From assembly GCA_963751275.1 (NCBI GenBank), contig CAVVTZ010000008.1:1-64000 (forward strand): DNA of 64,000 nucleotides, written 5' to 3'. Shown in pieces: positions 22,650-32,912 of this stretch. How positions within the stretch are numbered: position 1 is the first letter of the stretch; every line of letters begins with the position of its first letter. The position numbers and the translations under genes are program-made. The notes beneath the pieces were generated by a model. It was not told where the DNA came from. It saw only the letters and a program-made list of their open reading frames with translations, and did not search any database. This DNA comes from an uncultured Gemmatimonadaceae bacterium (GTDB lineage Bacteria; Gemmatimonadota; Gemmatimonadetes; Gemmatimonadales; Gemmatimonadaceae).

Positions 22650-22808
22650 TCTCCTGGAGCTTACCCGGCCGTTCGGGGTATGACCGCCATCGGTGGGTGG
22701 CCCCCCGTTGTCGGAATGGCCTCCCGCAATGCACCTTTCAGGCGTGACCGGCCCGCGCCGCGCCGCCGTGGCGCACCGGTCCCTCCGACCATGACACGAG
22801 GACCCATC

Positions 22809-23606
22809 ATGCGATCCTGCTTTCGTCTGTGTTCCGCCCTGCTGTTCGTCGCGGCCGCCGCGTGCGGCGTGCAGAATCCGCCCACGTCGCGCAACCTCGG
22901 CGTGATCACGCTCACCGACTCCTCGGATGGCGCCGGCGGCTACCTGACATCGCCGCAGGCCGTGTTCTGGGATGCGTCGAACGTGTCCCTCCCCGCGAGC
23001 AACGCGCCGGCCAACGCGTGTATCGATACCATCTACATCAAGCCCGATACGTCGCATGCCGTCGTGCCGAATCAGATCGACGCCGGCTCGCCCATCACCT
23101 TCGTGTCCACGAGCTCCACCGGCACGATGACGCCGGACACGATCCCCAATGTGCAGATCGTGTACCGCTATCACGGCTCGGGATTCCATTACACGCCGGG
23201 CGGCAACATCACGTTCACCATCCCGGGGGCGTCGGGCGGATTCGACGCGTCGACGATCGCGGGGCTCACCGCGAAGAAGCTGATCCTCGGACCGGTGCAG
23301 TCGCAGCCCACCGACTCGTTCCCGCTCACCTGGACCCCGGGCACGCAGGGGACGGATGCGGTGAACATCTATCTGATCTACGAGACGCCCACGTCCCTCG
23401 TCCCGGACCATCAGATCATCTGCTCGTCCGATGATGTGGGACAGATCTACGTGCCGCGGGCGATGGCGGTGCACTGGGACACGGCCGCCAACTACTATCA
23501 GCGCGTGACGGCGTTCCGCTGGGTGACGACGTTCGCGACGACCACGAACAACGGTCTCCTCTACACGTACTCGAAGTTCGACACGGTCGGTGTCGTGGCG
23601 CCGTGA
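22809..23606 (+). CDS. Hypothetical beta-rich lipoprotein
   Basis: GAGGA RBS; signal peptide ending AAAC; Ser/Thr/Pro-rich body. Confidence 0.7.
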   Translation: MRSCFRLCSALLFVAAAACGVQNPPTSRNLGVITLTDSSDGAGGYLTSPQAVFWDASNVSLPASNAPANACIDTIYIKPDTSHAVVPNQIDAGSPITFVSTSSTGTMTPDTIPNVQIVYRYHGSGFHYTPGGNITFTIPGASGGFDASTIAGLTAKKLILGPVQSQPTDSFPLTWTPGTQGTDAVNIYLIYETPTSLVPDHQIICSSDDVGQIYVPRAMAVHWDTAANYYQRVTAFRWVTTFATTTNNGLLYTYSKFDTVGVVAP

Positions 23607-25030
23607 CCGAAGCGACGCGTTCTGAGAAGGACCCACTCGGCGCGCTGGCGGTCCCCGCCAGCGCGCTGTATGGCGTGCAGACCCTGCGTGCCGTGCAGAA
23701 TTTCCCGATCAGCGGCCTCGCGCCGCTGCCGATGTTCGTGACCGCGGTCGTCTGGATCAAGCAGGCCGCGGCGCTCACGCACAAGGACACGAAGCGCCTC
23801 GACGCGAAGCTCGCCGACGCGATCGCGCGCGCCGCGGGTGAGGTGCTCGCCGGCCAGCACCGCGAGCACTTCGTGGTGGATCCGTACCAGGCCGGCGCCG
23901 GCACCTCGCACAACATGAACGCGAACGAGGTGCTCGCGAATCGCGCGAACGAGCTCCTCGGCGCGGCGCGCGGCGCCTACGCGCCGGTGCATCCGAACGA
24001 TCACGTCAACATGGCGCAGTCCACCAACGACGTGATCCCCACGGCCATCCGCCTCGGCGCGCTCGCGCTCGCGCGCGATCTCGACGGCGCGATGGCGAAG
24101 CTGCGCGATGCGCTGCTGTCCAAGGGCAAGGAATTCGACGGGATCATCAAGAGCGGCCGCACGCATCTGCAGGACGCGATGCCGATCCGCCTCGGCCAGG
24201 AATTCCGCGCATACGGCCACACCGTGGAGCGGAATCGCCTCCGGCTGGAGCAGGCGGCGGACTATCTCCGCGACCTCGGCATCGGTGGGAGCGCCGTGGG
24301 CACGGGGGTGAACGTCGAGCCGGAATATCCCGCGCTCATGGTGAAGCACCTCCGGGCGATCACGGGGCTCACCCTGCGCGAGGGCACCGACCGCATCCAG
24401 CTCATGCAGAGCATGGGCGACGCGGCCGCCTTCTCCGGCCAGCTTCGCGCGTTCGCGTGCGATCTCGCGAAGATCGCGAGCGACCTGCGGCTCATGGCGT
24501 CGGGTCCGCGCACCGGGCTCGACGAGATCCGGCTGCCCGCGGTGCAGCCTGGCTCATCGATCATGCCGGGCAAGGTGAATCCGTCCATCCCCGAGATGGT
24601 GAACCAGGTGGCGTGCCAGGTGGTGGGCAACGATGCGTGCATCGCGATGGCCGCCTCCGAAGGGCAGCTCGAGCTCAACGTGATGATGCCGGTGATCGCG
24701 CACAATCTGTTCCAGGCGATCGGCATCATGACCAACGCGCTCACCGTCTTCACCGACAAGTGCGTCGCCGGCATCGAGGCGAACCGCGCGATGTGCGAGT
24801 ATTGGGTGGAGCGGTCGGCGGCGCTCGCCACCGCGCTCGCGCCGCAGATCGGCTACGCGCGCGCCGCCGAGCTGAGCAAGCAGTCGGTGAAGGAGAACAC
24901 GCTGATCCGCGAGCTCGTGCACCGCGAGAAGGTGCTGCCCGACGACCAGATCGAGGACACGCTCGACCTCCGCAAGATGACCGAGATCGGCGTGCCCGGC
25001 GGCAAGCACGGAGGGGTGTCGGCGGGCTGA
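23603..25030 (+). CDS. aspA: Aspartate ammonia-lyase (class II fumarase superfamily)
   Basis: YGVQTLRA, QAGAGTS, HPNDHVN, GRTHLQDA and GSSIMPGKVNP motifs; a fumC assignment cannot be excluded. Confidence 0.8.
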   Translation: MTEATRSEKDPLGALAVPASALYGVQTLRAVQNFPISGLAPLPMFVTAVVWIKQAAALTHKDTKRLDAKLADAIARAAGEVLAGQHREHFVVDPYQAGAGTSHNMNANEVLANRANELLGAARGAYAPVHPNDHVNMAQSTNDVIPTAIRLGALALARDLDGAMAKLRDALLSKGKEFDGIIKSGRTHLQDAMPIRLGQEFRAYGHTVERNRLRLEQAADYLRDLGIGGSAVGTGVNVEPEYPALMVKHLRAITGLTLREGTDRIQLMQSMGDAAAFSGQLRAFACDLAKIASDLRLMASGPRTGLDEIRLPAVQPGSSIMPGKVNPSIPEMVNQVACQVVGNDACIAMAASEGQLELNVMMPVIAHNLFQAIGIMTNALTVFTDKCVAGIEANRAMCEYWVERSAALATALAPQIGYARAAELSKQSVKENTLIRELVHREKVLPDDQIEDTLDLRKMTEIGVPGGKHGGVSAG

Positions 25031-25075
25031 GCGGCCGCCCTTGTCGCGGTCGGGAAAGGTGCCTATCGTCCATCC

Positions 25076-25531
25076 ATGCGCATCACGACGTGGGCCGAGT
25101 ACGGACTGATCTGCGCGCTGCATCTCGCGCGGCGCTCCGACGATGACCCCGTGACCGGGCGCGAGATCGCCGCCCGCGAGAAGCTCCCCGCCGATTACGT
25201 CGAGCAGATCCTGCTGCGAATGCGCCGGGCCGGCATCGTCAACAGCACGCGCGGCGCACACGGCGGCTACGCGCTCGCCCGGCCGCCGGCCGAGATCTCG
25301 GTGCGCGACGTGATCAACGCCTCGGAACTCTCGACCTTCGACCTGCACTGCGTGTCGCATCCCGTGAACGAGGAGCGGTGCGATGCGGCGCAGGACTGCA
25401 GCATTCGGCCCGTGTGGATGCTGCTGCAGCAGAAGATCGACGATGTGCTCGACGGCGTGCATCTCGCCGACCTGCTGCACGACGAGCCGGAAGTGCGGAT
25501 GCGCGTGGGGCTCCCCGTGCTGCACGTCTGA
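25076..25531 (+). CDS. Rrf2-family transcriptional regulator with three clustered C-terminal Cys
   Basis: YVEQILLRMRRAGIVNSTRGAHGGYALAR and C-x9-C-x5-C. Confidence 0.92.
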   Translation: MRITTWAEYGLICALHLARRSDDDPVTGREIAAREKLPADYVEQILLRMRRAGIVNSTRGAHGGYALARPPAEISVRDVINASELSTFDLHCVSHPVNEERCDAAQDCSIRPVWMLLQQKIDDVLDGVHLADLLHDEPEVRMRVGLPVLHV

Positions 25532-25551
25532 GCCGCGGCGCGCCGCTCCGC

Positions 25552-26115
25552 ATGTTCCGATCCTTCCTCCGGCGGTGGCGCGATACGCGCGCGCGTGAGA
25601 CCAGCGCGGCGGCTTTCGTCGCGGCGATCGAGCGTGAGCCCCCCGCCGAAGATGTCGCGTGGCTCGCCGACGCGGGGACGAAGGGGGACCTGGACCATGC
25701 GCGATGGGAGCTGCGCTACGCGCGGCGCGCGCTGGGCCTCGTGACGGCGCAGCGCGATGCGCTCGATGACCGCACGGCATCCGAAGTCGCGCGCGCGCTC
25801 GATGAGGCGATGGCCGCCGATGCCGGCGTCGCCCCCGACAAGCGCCGCATCGTGGTGCATCAGCTCAACGCGCGGCTGCGCGCGTATGCCGACGCGCTGA
25901 GCCGGCGCGAAGCGCCCGGCAGCGGCTACCATCTCGGCGCCGCGCTCCTGCAGTTCGCCGGCCGGACCGAGCCGGGATCCGACGAACTGATCGCCCGCGC
26001 GGGGGACATCGCGAGCCGATACCTCACGGAGGCGAATGCGGCGCTCCGCGATTGTTACGGCGCGGCGGAACTGCCGGAGGATATCGCGCCGAGCGCGATC
26101 GTCGCTCGCCGCTGA
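25552..26115 (+). CDS. Hypothetical alpha-helical protein
   Basis: 3' part of ORF 25378..26115 starting at MFRSFLRR; host-like codon usage. Confidence 0.6.
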   Translation: MFRSFLRRWRDTRARETSAAAFVAAIEREPPAEDVAWLADAGTKGDLDHARWELRYARRALGLVTAQRDALDDRTASEVARALDEAMAADAGVAPDKRRIVVHQLNARLRAYADALSRREAPGSGYHLGAALLQFAGRTEPGSDELIARAGDIASRYLTEANAALRDCYGAAELPEDIAPSAIVARR

Positions 26116-26127
26116 ATACAACAGGGC

Positions 26128-26293
26128 CTAGTACCGCTTGAGAGGCGCGTCTTGGAGGCAGCGTGTGGTAACGCAGGGCGTGATTTGTACTAATCACTGC
26201 GGGCGCAGTGAGTGGTACCAGGCGCCAGACGCGCCGTTTGCGGTACCAATGGCGTTGTTCAATCGGTACTAGACGCTGCCGTCCACACACGCC
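26128..26293. repeat. Mosaic of three copies of the short motif M (GTACCAnACGC...CAGACGCGCC)
   Basis: Copies at 26144-26172 (-), 26215-26235 (+) and 26258-26293 (+); outer imperfect inverted repeat ctagtaccg...cggtactag. Confidence 0.75.
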
Positions 26294-26349
26294 GTACGAA
26301 CCAAGACGGGCGGCACGCGAATGCGTGCCGCCCGTCTTGGATTCGTGCG
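26293..26349 (-). terminator. Long GC hairpin downstream of tRNA-Leu (possibly bidirectional)
   Basis: cgtacgaa-ccaagacgggcggcacgc-gaat-gcgtgccgcccgtcttgg-attcgtgcg. Confidence 0.6.
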
Positions 26350-26374
26350 TTGGACCTGCAGGGACTTTACGGAG

Positions 26375-26458
26375 TGCCGAAGGGGGGACTCGAACCCCCA
26401 CGAGGTTGCCCTCACTGGCTCCTGAAGCCAGCGCGTCTACCAATTCCACCACTTCGGC
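26375..26458 (-). tRNA. tRNA-Leu(CAG); CCA not encoded
   Basis: GCCGAAG/CTTCGGC acceptor stem, D-loop GGAATTGGTAGAC, anticodon arm CTGGC-TTCAGGA-GCCAG, long variable arm, GGTTCGAGTCC T-loop. Confidence 0.96.
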
Positions 26459-26544
26459 GGGATTGCAAAGCTAGGCCGCGTGAGAATCGAAGTCAACGCG
26501 CCGCCGTTGCCCGCCGCCGGAGCGCCCTCTAACTTCCGCCCACG

Positions 26545-27012
26545 ATGGCCATCGAGGAGCGCGGCGACCAGGAGCTCATCGCCCGGAACAGGCGGGCGCG
26601 CCACGAATATTCCATCCTCGACACGTGGGAAGCCGGCATCGCGCTCACGGGCACCGAGGTGAAATCGCTGCGCAACGGCAAAGCGAACCTCTCGGACAGC
26701 TACGGCATCGTGCACGATGGCGAGGTCTTCCTGCTCAACCTGCACATCTCGCCCTACGAGCAGGGCAACCAGTTCAATCACGAGCCCACGCGCACCCGGA
26801 AGCTGCTCATGCACCGGCGCGAGATCCGCCGGCTCATCGGCGCCACCGAGCGCCAGGGACTCACGCTCGTGCCGCTCGATCTGTATTTCAAGAAGGGCAA
26901 GGCGAAGGTGACGATCGCGCTCGGCAAGGGGAAGAAGCTGCACGACAAGCGGGCCGACGAGCGCAAGAAGGACGATGAGCGCGAGATGGCGCGCGCACGG
27001 CGGGTCCGGTGA
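26545..27012 (+). CDS. smpB: SsrA-binding protein
   Basis: NRRARHEY, EAGIALTGTEVKSLR, RKLLMH and GKKLHDKR motifs. Confidence 0.97.
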   Translation: MAIEERGDQELIARNRRARHEYSILDTWEAGIALTGTEVKSLRNGKANLSDSYGIVHDGEVFLLNLHISPYEQGNQFNHEPTRTRKLLMHRREIRRLIGATERQGLTLVPLDLYFKKGKAKVTIALGKGKKLHDKRADERKKDDEREMARARRVR

Positions 27013-28223
27013 TCCATCTCGCGATCGCGCTGCAGCTCGCCGCGTCGCTGCCGGCCACGGCGCCCGGGGTGCTCAGCATCCGGTCGGGCGCCCAGACGGC
27101 CGACGTCGCCGTCGCGCAGCGCGACGGCGTCTCCTTCGTGCCGGTGATCGGACTCTCGCCCGTGATCGCGGTGCACGACAGCATCGGCCTCGGCGGGCGC
27201 CACGAGCTGCTCATCGGTGGGACGCTCGTCGAGATCGCGCTCGACCTGCCGTTCGTGCGCGTGGATGGCGAGACGATCCCTCTCGCGGCCGCGCCGGTCG
27301 AACGCGACGGCGTGCTGCTCGTGCCCTATGAGGTGTTCGCCGAGCTGCTGCCGCGCGTGACGCCGTCGCGCTGGGTGTACGACCCGCCGAACCGCGAGCT
27401 CACGCTCGTCGCGCCCGGCGAGCGCCCGCCGATCGTCGCGGTCGCGGACATGTCGGTCACGAAGAAACCGGGCGTCTCGCGCCCCGGCACGAAGAAGCGC
27501 CGGCGCCGCGTCGTGGTGGACGCCGGCCACGGCGGCGTGGACGGCGGCATGCACGGCCCGATCGGCGGCCGCTCGCAGATGCACGAGAAGGACGTCACGC
27601 TCTCGGTGGCCAAGAAGCTCGCGGCCAACCTGCGCGACCGCGGCGTGGATGTGCTCATGACGCGCACCGCCGACACGCTCATCGGCCTCTACGACCGCGG
27701 GCCGATGGCGAACAAGTGGCACGGCGACATCTTCGTCTCCGTGCACGTGAACGCCGCGCCGCTCGACTGGAAGGACCCCGGCGCGACGCGCGGCTTCGAG
27801 ACGTACTTCCTCTCCGAGGCGAAAACCGAGGACGCCCGGCGCGTCGAGCGCATGGAAAACGAGGTGATCAAGTTCGAGACGGGCGCCAACGCACCGCAGG
27901 GCGATCCGCTGAACTTCATCATCAACGACATGGCGCAGAACGAGCACCTGCGCGAGTCGAAGGAACTCGCGGAGATCGTGCAGAAGCATCTCGCCGCCGC
28001 GATGCCCGGCCCGAGCCGCGGGGTGATGCAGGCCGGATTCGTCGTCCTGAAGACGGCGTACATGCCGGCCGTGCTGGTGGAGATCGGCTTCGGCACGAAC
28101 AAGGACGACGCGAAGCTGCTCACCAATCAGGCGCAACAGCGCAAGATCGCCGCCGTGATCGCCGATGCCACCATGGAATACCTCGACCATTACGAGCGGC
28201 GGGTGCGCGGAGGCACGCCGTGA
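27009..28223 (+). CDS. N-acetylmuramoyl-L-alanine amidase (Amidase_3)
   Basis: VVDAGHGG, EKD, SVHVN and PAVLVEIGF motifs. Confidence 0.92.
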   Translation: MIHLAIALQLAASLPATAPGVLSIRSGAQTADVAVAQRDGVSFVPVIGLSPVIAVHDSIGLGGRHELLIGGTLVEIALDLPFVRVDGETIPLAAAPVERDGVLLVPYEVFAELLPRVTPSRWVYDPPNRELTLVAPGERPPIVAVADMSVTKKPGVSRPGTKKRRRRVVVDAGHGGVDGGMHGPIGGRSQMHEKDVTLSVAKKLAANLRDRGVDVLMTRTADTLIGLYDRGPMANKWHGDIFVSVHVNAAPLDWKDPGATRGFETYFLSEAKTEDARRVERMENEVIKFETGANAPQGDPLNFIINDMAQNEHLRESKELAEIVQKHLAAAMPGPSRGVMQAGFVVLKTAYMPAVLVEIGFGTNKDDAKLLTNQAQQRKIAAVIADATMEYLDHYERRVRGGTP

Positions 28224-29155
28224 CGGCCGGTACACTCGAGGTGGAGGCCGCGGGGCTGCGATTCCAGAATCCGCTCCTGCTCGCCAGCGGCACCGCGGCG
28301 TACGGGCGCGAGCTCGACGGCGTGATCGACCTCGAGGCGCTCGGCGGGATCGTCACCAAGGCCGTGAGCGTGCGCCCGCGCGCCGGGGCGCCGCCGGTGC
28401 GCGTCGCCGACTTCCCGGGCGGGATGATCAACGCTGTGGGCCTGGCGAACCCCGGGCTCGAGGCGGTGCGCCGCGACGAGCTGCCGTGGCTCGCCGCGCG
28501 TTGCCAGCGCGCGCGCACCCTGGTGAATGTGGTGGGCGATACCGTGGAAGAATACGGGGAGGTCGTGCGCGGTCTCACCGATGCAGCCGGCGTGCACGGC
28601 TTCGAGCTGAACGTGAGTTGCCCCAACGTGAAGGCCGGCGGCATGGAGTTCGGCGCGGATCCGCAGAGCCTCGCCGCGGTCGTGCGCTCGGCGCGCGCGG
28701 CGACGACCCGTCCGCTCTTCGTGAAGCTGAGCCCCGTGCTCCCCGATATCGGCGCGAGCGCGCGCATTGCCGTGGACGCCGGCGCCGATGGGATCAGCGT
28801 CGTGAACACGATCCCCGGGCTGGTCGTGGATGTCGCGGCGCGGCGCCCCGCACTCGGCTTCGGCACCGGCGGCGTGAGCGGTCCTGGATTGCTGCCGGTG
28901 GGGGTGCTCGCGGTGTGGCGCGTGCGGAAGGCACTGGGAGAACGCGTGCCCATCTGCGGCGTGGGCGGTATCGCCTCGGCTCCGGATGCGCTGCAGTTCC
29001 TGATCGCCGGTGCGACGCTCTTCGCCGTGGGCACCGCGGCGCTGCGGGATCCCCGAACGCCGGAGCGGATCGTGCGAGACCTCGAACGGTGGTGTGAGCG
29101 GGGCGGCGTGCGGTCGATCGGCGCGATCGTCGGCACGCTGGAGTGGCCAGCATGA
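28220..29155 (+). CDS. pyrD: Dihydroorotate dehydrogenase (class 1 catalytic subunit)
   Basis: NPLLLASGT, MINAVGLANPG, ELNVSCPN, VKLSP and GGVSG motifs. Confidence 0.93.
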   Translation: MTAGTLEVEAAGLRFQNPLLLASGTAAYGRELDGVIDLEALGGIVTKAVSVRPRAGAPPVRVADFPGGMINAVGLANPGLEAVRRDELPWLAARCQRARTLVNVVGDTVEEYGEVVRGLTDAAGVHGFELNVSCPNVKAGGMEFGADPQSLAAVVRSARAATTRPLFVKLSPVLPDIGASARIAVDAGADGISVVNTIPGLVVDVAARRPALGFGTGGVSGPGLLPVGVLAVWRVRKALGERVPICGVGGIASAPDALQFLIAGATLFAVGTAALRDPRTPERIVRDLERWCERGGVRSIGAIVGTLEWPA

Positions 29156-29838
29156 AGCCGCGCGCGATCGTCGCGCTGGACGTCCCCGATCTCGCCCGGG
29201 CGCAGGCGCTCACGGCGCGGCTGGGCGCCGCATGCGACTTCGTGAAGGTCGGGCTCGAGTTGTTCGCCGCGGAGGGCCCGCCGGTGGTGCGCGCGATGCG
29301 TGCCGAGGATCGCGAAGTGTTCCTCGATCTGAAGTTGCACGACATTCCGAATACCGTGCGGGGCGCGGCGCGCTCCGCCGCGGCGACCGGCGCGACGATG
29401 CTCACCGTGCATGCGTCGGGCGGGCGCGCGATGCTCGAGGCGGCAGTGGAGGGCGCCGGTGCGAATTGTCGTGTGCTCGCCGTGACTGTGCTCACGTCGC
29501 TCGACGCCGCGTCGCTCGGCGCGGCATGGGGGCGGACGGTGGCGGACCTGAGCGCCGAAGTGGTGCGCCTCGCGGGGATCGCCGCTGAGGCGGGTGCGCA
29601 CGGCGTGGTGTGCAGCGGCGCCGAGGCCGCGGCGGTGAAGGCGGCGTTCGGGGAGGAGTTGGCGATTCTCGTGCCCGGGATCAGAAGGGCGGGAGGGGCG
29701 GCGCACGACCAGGCCCGGGTGGTTACTCCCGCGGCCGCGGTGAAGGCGGGTGCTTCTTACTTGGTGCTCGGACGGGCCGTCTCAGAGGCGGCGGATCCTT
29801 CGGCGGAGCTCAAGGCTATCGTGGCAGAATTGGCCTGA
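29152..29838 (+). CDS. pyrF: Orotidine-5'-phosphate decarboxylase
   Basis: IVALD, DLKLHDIPNT, VTVLTS, PGIR and DQARV motifs. Confidence 0.96.
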   Translation: MKPRAIVALDVPDLARAQALTARLGAACDFVKVGLELFAAEGPPVVRAMRAEDREVFLDLKLHDIPNTVRGAARSAAATGATMLTVHASGGRAMLEAAVEGAGANCRVLAVTVLTSLDAASLGAAWGRTVADLSAEVVRLAGIAAEAGAHGVVCSGAEAAAVKAAFGEELAILVPGIRRAGGAAHDQARVVTPAAAVKAGASYLVLGRAVSEAADPSAELKAIVAELA

Positions 29839-30006
29839 ACGGCGACCCCCGAAGCAGGTACTTCGTCGCCCAAACGCCGCAATTGGCGCTCAATGTGTGG
29901 CAACAGCGCCGGCGCGCTTTGGATACCATTCACGCGTGAGCCGTGACCACACGCCAAGCGCCAATGGCGGGGTTTGGGGGACCAAGTACGCTTCTCGGGG
30001 TTCGCC
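29837..30006. repeat. Imperfect long inverted repeat (long-hairpin family, copy B)
   Basis: Left arm gaacggcgacccccgaag...cccaaacgccgcaattggcgct pairs with agcgccaatggcggggtttgggggaccaagtac...tcgggggttcgcc; right arm aligns colinearly with the right arm of copy A. Confidence 0.85.
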
Positions 30007-30041
30007 CCTGGCGTGCCTATGAGCACCGGCAAAGCCCTCAC

Positions 30042-30070
30042 TTGCATCCCAATCGTAAGTTGGTTATTCT
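30042..30070 (+). promoter_or_regulatory. Sigma70-type promoter of the rpmJ-alpha operon
   Basis: TTGCAT-17 nt-TATTCT, 45 nt upstream of rpmJ. Confidence 0.6.
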
Positions 30071-30115
30071 GTGAGACTTGACCGGATTTCAGTTTCGCAC
30101 CAAAACGGAGCTCCT

Positions 30116-30232
30116 GTGAAAGTTCGATCCAGCGTGAAGCCGATCTGCGAGCATTGCAAAGTCGTCAAGCGTAACGGCGTGACTCGCATCATCTGCAAGC
30201 GCAATCCCAAGCATAAGCAGCGGCAGGGTTAA
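30116..30232 (+). CDS. rpmJ: 50S ribosomal protein L36 (absent from the ORF track)
   Basis: Manual translation [45 protein letters not shown]. Confidence 0.97.
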   Translation: MKVRSSVKPICEHCKVVKRNGVTRIICKRNPKHKQRQG

Positions 30233-30234
30233 TC

Positions 30235-30612
30235 ATGGCACGCATTGCGGGAGTCGATCTGCCGCGCGAGAAGCGCGTCGAGATCGGCCTGACGTACATC
30301 TTCGGCATCGGCCGCGCCACCGCGCGCAAGATCCTCGCCGACACCGGAGTCAGCCCCGACATCCGCGCGAAGGACCTGAACGACGCGGACACGAACCGGC
30401 TCCGCCAGGCGATCGAGAAGGACCTGCGCGTCGAAGGCGCGCTCCGCACCGAAGTCGCCATGAACATCAAGCGGCTGATGGACATCGGTTCGTATCGCGG
30501 CGTCCGCCACCGGAAGGGTCTGCCCGTGCGCGGCCAGCGCACGCACACGAACGCCCGCACCAAGAAGGGCCCGCGCCGCGCCATCGCCGGCAAGAAGAAG
30601 GTCACCAAGTAA
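30235..30612 (+). CDS. rpsM: 30S ribosomal protein S13
   Basis: [10 protein letters not shown] and [15 protein letters not shown]. Confidence 0.98.
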   Translation: MARIAGVDLPREKRVEIGLTYIFGIGRATARKILADTGVSPDIRAKDLNDADTNRLRQAIEKDLRVEGALRTEVAMNIKRLMDIGSYRGVRHRKGLPVRGQRTHTNARTKKGPRRAIAGKKKVTK

Positions 30613-30666
30613 TCGGCGTATCGTTCACTCTGTATTCTCGACTACTGATCTAGAGGCTCGCACAGC

Positions 30667-31061
30667 ATGGCAACAGCAAAGCCCGGCGCTCCGAAGAAAG
30701 CGAAGCGTGCCGTCGAGTCCGAAGGGATCGCGCACGTGAACGCCACCTTCAACAACACGCTCATCACGATCACCGACATGCACGGCAATACCGTCGCGTG
30801 GGCGTCGTCGGGGAAGGCGGGGTTCAAGGGGTCCAAGAAGTCGACGCCGTTCGCCGCGACCGTGGCCGCCGAGCAGGTGCGCCAAGGAAGCGAAGGACCT
30901 CGGCGTGAAGCGCCTGCATGTGCGCGTGCAGGGCCCGGGCAGTGGCCGCGAGTCGGCCGATCCAGGCGCTCGCCGCCGCCGGACTCCAGATCAAGTCGAT
31001 CCGCGACGTGACGCCGATCCCGCACAACGGATGCCGTCCGCCGAAGCGCCGGAGGGTCTGA
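30667..31061 (+). CDS. rpsK: 30S ribosomal protein S11 (frameshifts)
   Basis: ATFNNT and [19 protein letters not shown] and [18 protein letters not shown] appear in other frames. Confidence 0.95.
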
Positions 31062-31065
31062 GCCG

Positions 31066-31700
31066 ATGCGCTATACGGGTCCCAGCTGCCGCCAGTGCCG
31101 CCGCGAAGGCACCAAGCTCTTCCTGAAGGGCACCAAGTGCTTCACCGAGAAGTGCCCCGTCGAGCGCCGTCCCTACGCGCCCGGCCAGCACGGCCAGAGC
31201 ACCGCGCGCCGCCGCAAGGCGTAGCGAGTACGCGAAGCAGCTGCGTGAGAAGCAGAAGGTGAAGCGCATGTACGGCGTGAGCGAGCTCCAGTTCCGCAAC
31301 ACGTTCGTGCGCGTGTCGAACGCTGCCCGGCATCACCGGGCACAACCTGCTCGCCGCGCTTGAGAGCCGCCTCGACAACATCGTGTACCGGATGGGCTTC
31401 GCGGCGAGCCGGAAGGCGGCGCGCCAGCTGATCCGTCACCGGCACATCGAGGTGAAGGGGAAGCAGGTCGACATCCCGAGCTATCTCGTGCGTCCGGGCG
31501 AGGAAGTGCGGGTGCGTCCGGCGTCGCGCGAGCAGGTGTCCGTGATCCAGGCGATGGAGCAGGCGGGACGCGGCGTGCCGCTCTCGTGGATCGCCGTGGA
31601 CAAGGAGACGTTCAGCGGCAAGATGCTCGAGAAGCCGAGCCGCACGGACATCCCGATCGCGGCGCAGGAGCAGTTGATCGTCGAGTTGTACAGCAAGTAA
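31066..31700 (+). CDS. rpsD: 30S ribosomal protein S4, Zn-binding form (frameshifts near 31222 and 31320)
   Basis: [48 protein letters not shown] and LIVELYSK. Confidence 0.95.
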
Positions 31701-31839
31701 TCCGGTTGCATCGGTGCGGGGCGCTCCGGCGCTCCGCTGCACTGGTCGGGGCTCTGATCCCCGTACGGGTTCACCGCGCATCAGAGGCGAGGTGAAGCGT
31801 GGCCGGGCTCTCCCGGTCTGACCATTCGAGGAACTGTTC

Positions 31840-32906
31840 ATGGCACAAGCAATCGATCTTACGGGCCTCGTTCGCCCGCAGCTGGTTGAGGCGACGAAGC
31901 GGGACGACAATCCGAACGTCGCGGAATTCCGGCTCCAGCCGCTGGAGCGCGGCTTCGGCCACACGCTCGGCAACGCGATGCGTCGCCTGCTGCTCTCGTC
32001 GCTGCGCGGCTCCGCGGTGTGGGGCTTCCGCATCGACGGCGTGCTGCACGAGCACCAGACCATCCCGGGCGTCGTGGAAGACGTGCACCAGATCATCGGC
32101 AACCTGAAGACGCTGACGCTCGTCCTCGCGGACGACGTGGACGAGACGGTGCTCAAGATCCGCAAGAACGGCACGGGCGCCGTGACGGCCCGCGACATCG
32201 AGGAGAGCGGCGCGGCGCGGGTCATCGACCCGTCGCACCACCTCTTCACCCTGCAGGATGACCGCGAGCTGAACTATCGAGCTCTACGTCAACAAGGGGC
32301 GCGGCTACGTCGAGAGCGACCAGCATCCCGCCGACCGCGGCGCTGCCGATCGACCTCGTGCGCATCGACGCGATCTACAATCCGGTGCGCCGCGTGAACT
32401 TCTCGGTCGCCGAGACCCGCGTCGGCCAGCGCACCGACTACGACCGCCTTACGCTGACGGTCGAGACGAACGGCACGCTGACGCCGGAGGAGGCCGTGAG
32501 CTACGCGGCCGCGCTGGCGCAGACGCACTTCCAGTTCTTCGCGAACTTCGGCTCGCACTCGCAGGGCGTGGCCGGCGTCGAAGGCGACCACTCGGGCGAC
32601 GGACACCGCTTGGCGACGCTGCTCCTGACGCCGATCGATGAGCTCGAGCTGTCGGTGCGCTCGGTGAACTCGCTCAAGAACTCGGACATCCGCACGCTGG
32701 GCGACCTCGTGCGCCAGACCGAGACGCAGATGCTGCAGGTCAAGAATTTCGGCAAGAAGTCGCTGCAGGAGATCGCCGACCTGCTCGAGCGAGAAGGATT
32801 GAACTTCGGCATGCGGTACGAGGAAGGGCTGGACGGCGTGCGCGTCACCGATTGGGGCACGCCGCCGAGCCGCGCGGCCGCCACCGCACCAGACGACGAG
32901 GAGTAG
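31840..32906 (+). CDS. rpoA: RNA polymerase alpha subunit (frameshifts near 32275-32345)
   Basis: PLERGFGHTLGNAMRR, RVGQRTDYD, LELSVRS and NFGKKSL. Confidence 0.96.
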
Positions 32907-32912
32907 AGCCCC

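Noticed and set aside
26375..26458. tRNA with TCA in its anticodon loop as a possible tRNA-Sec partner for the UGA peroxiredoxin
   Set aside because: The 7-nt loop TTCAGGA centres on CAG; the 7-bp acceptor stem, A discriminator and 84-nt length fit an ordinary tRNA-Leu.
26116..26545. tRNA-Leu or smpB region as an island integration site or tmRNA locus
   Set aside because: No integrase, no duplicated tRNA 3' end and no tmRNA tag or termini seen; the flanks are core genes.
31222..31224. In-frame TAG in rpsD as possible pyrrolysine or read-through
   Set aside because: The S4 sequence ([12 protein letters not shown]) resumes in the +1 frame, so this is a 1-nt insertion rather than recoding.
31745..31825. 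HDV-like ribozyme in the rpsD-rpoA spacer
   Set aside because: A 7-bp helix and a TTCAC loop are suggestive, but I could not build the P2, P3 and J4/2 elements; kept only as a generic structured RNA.
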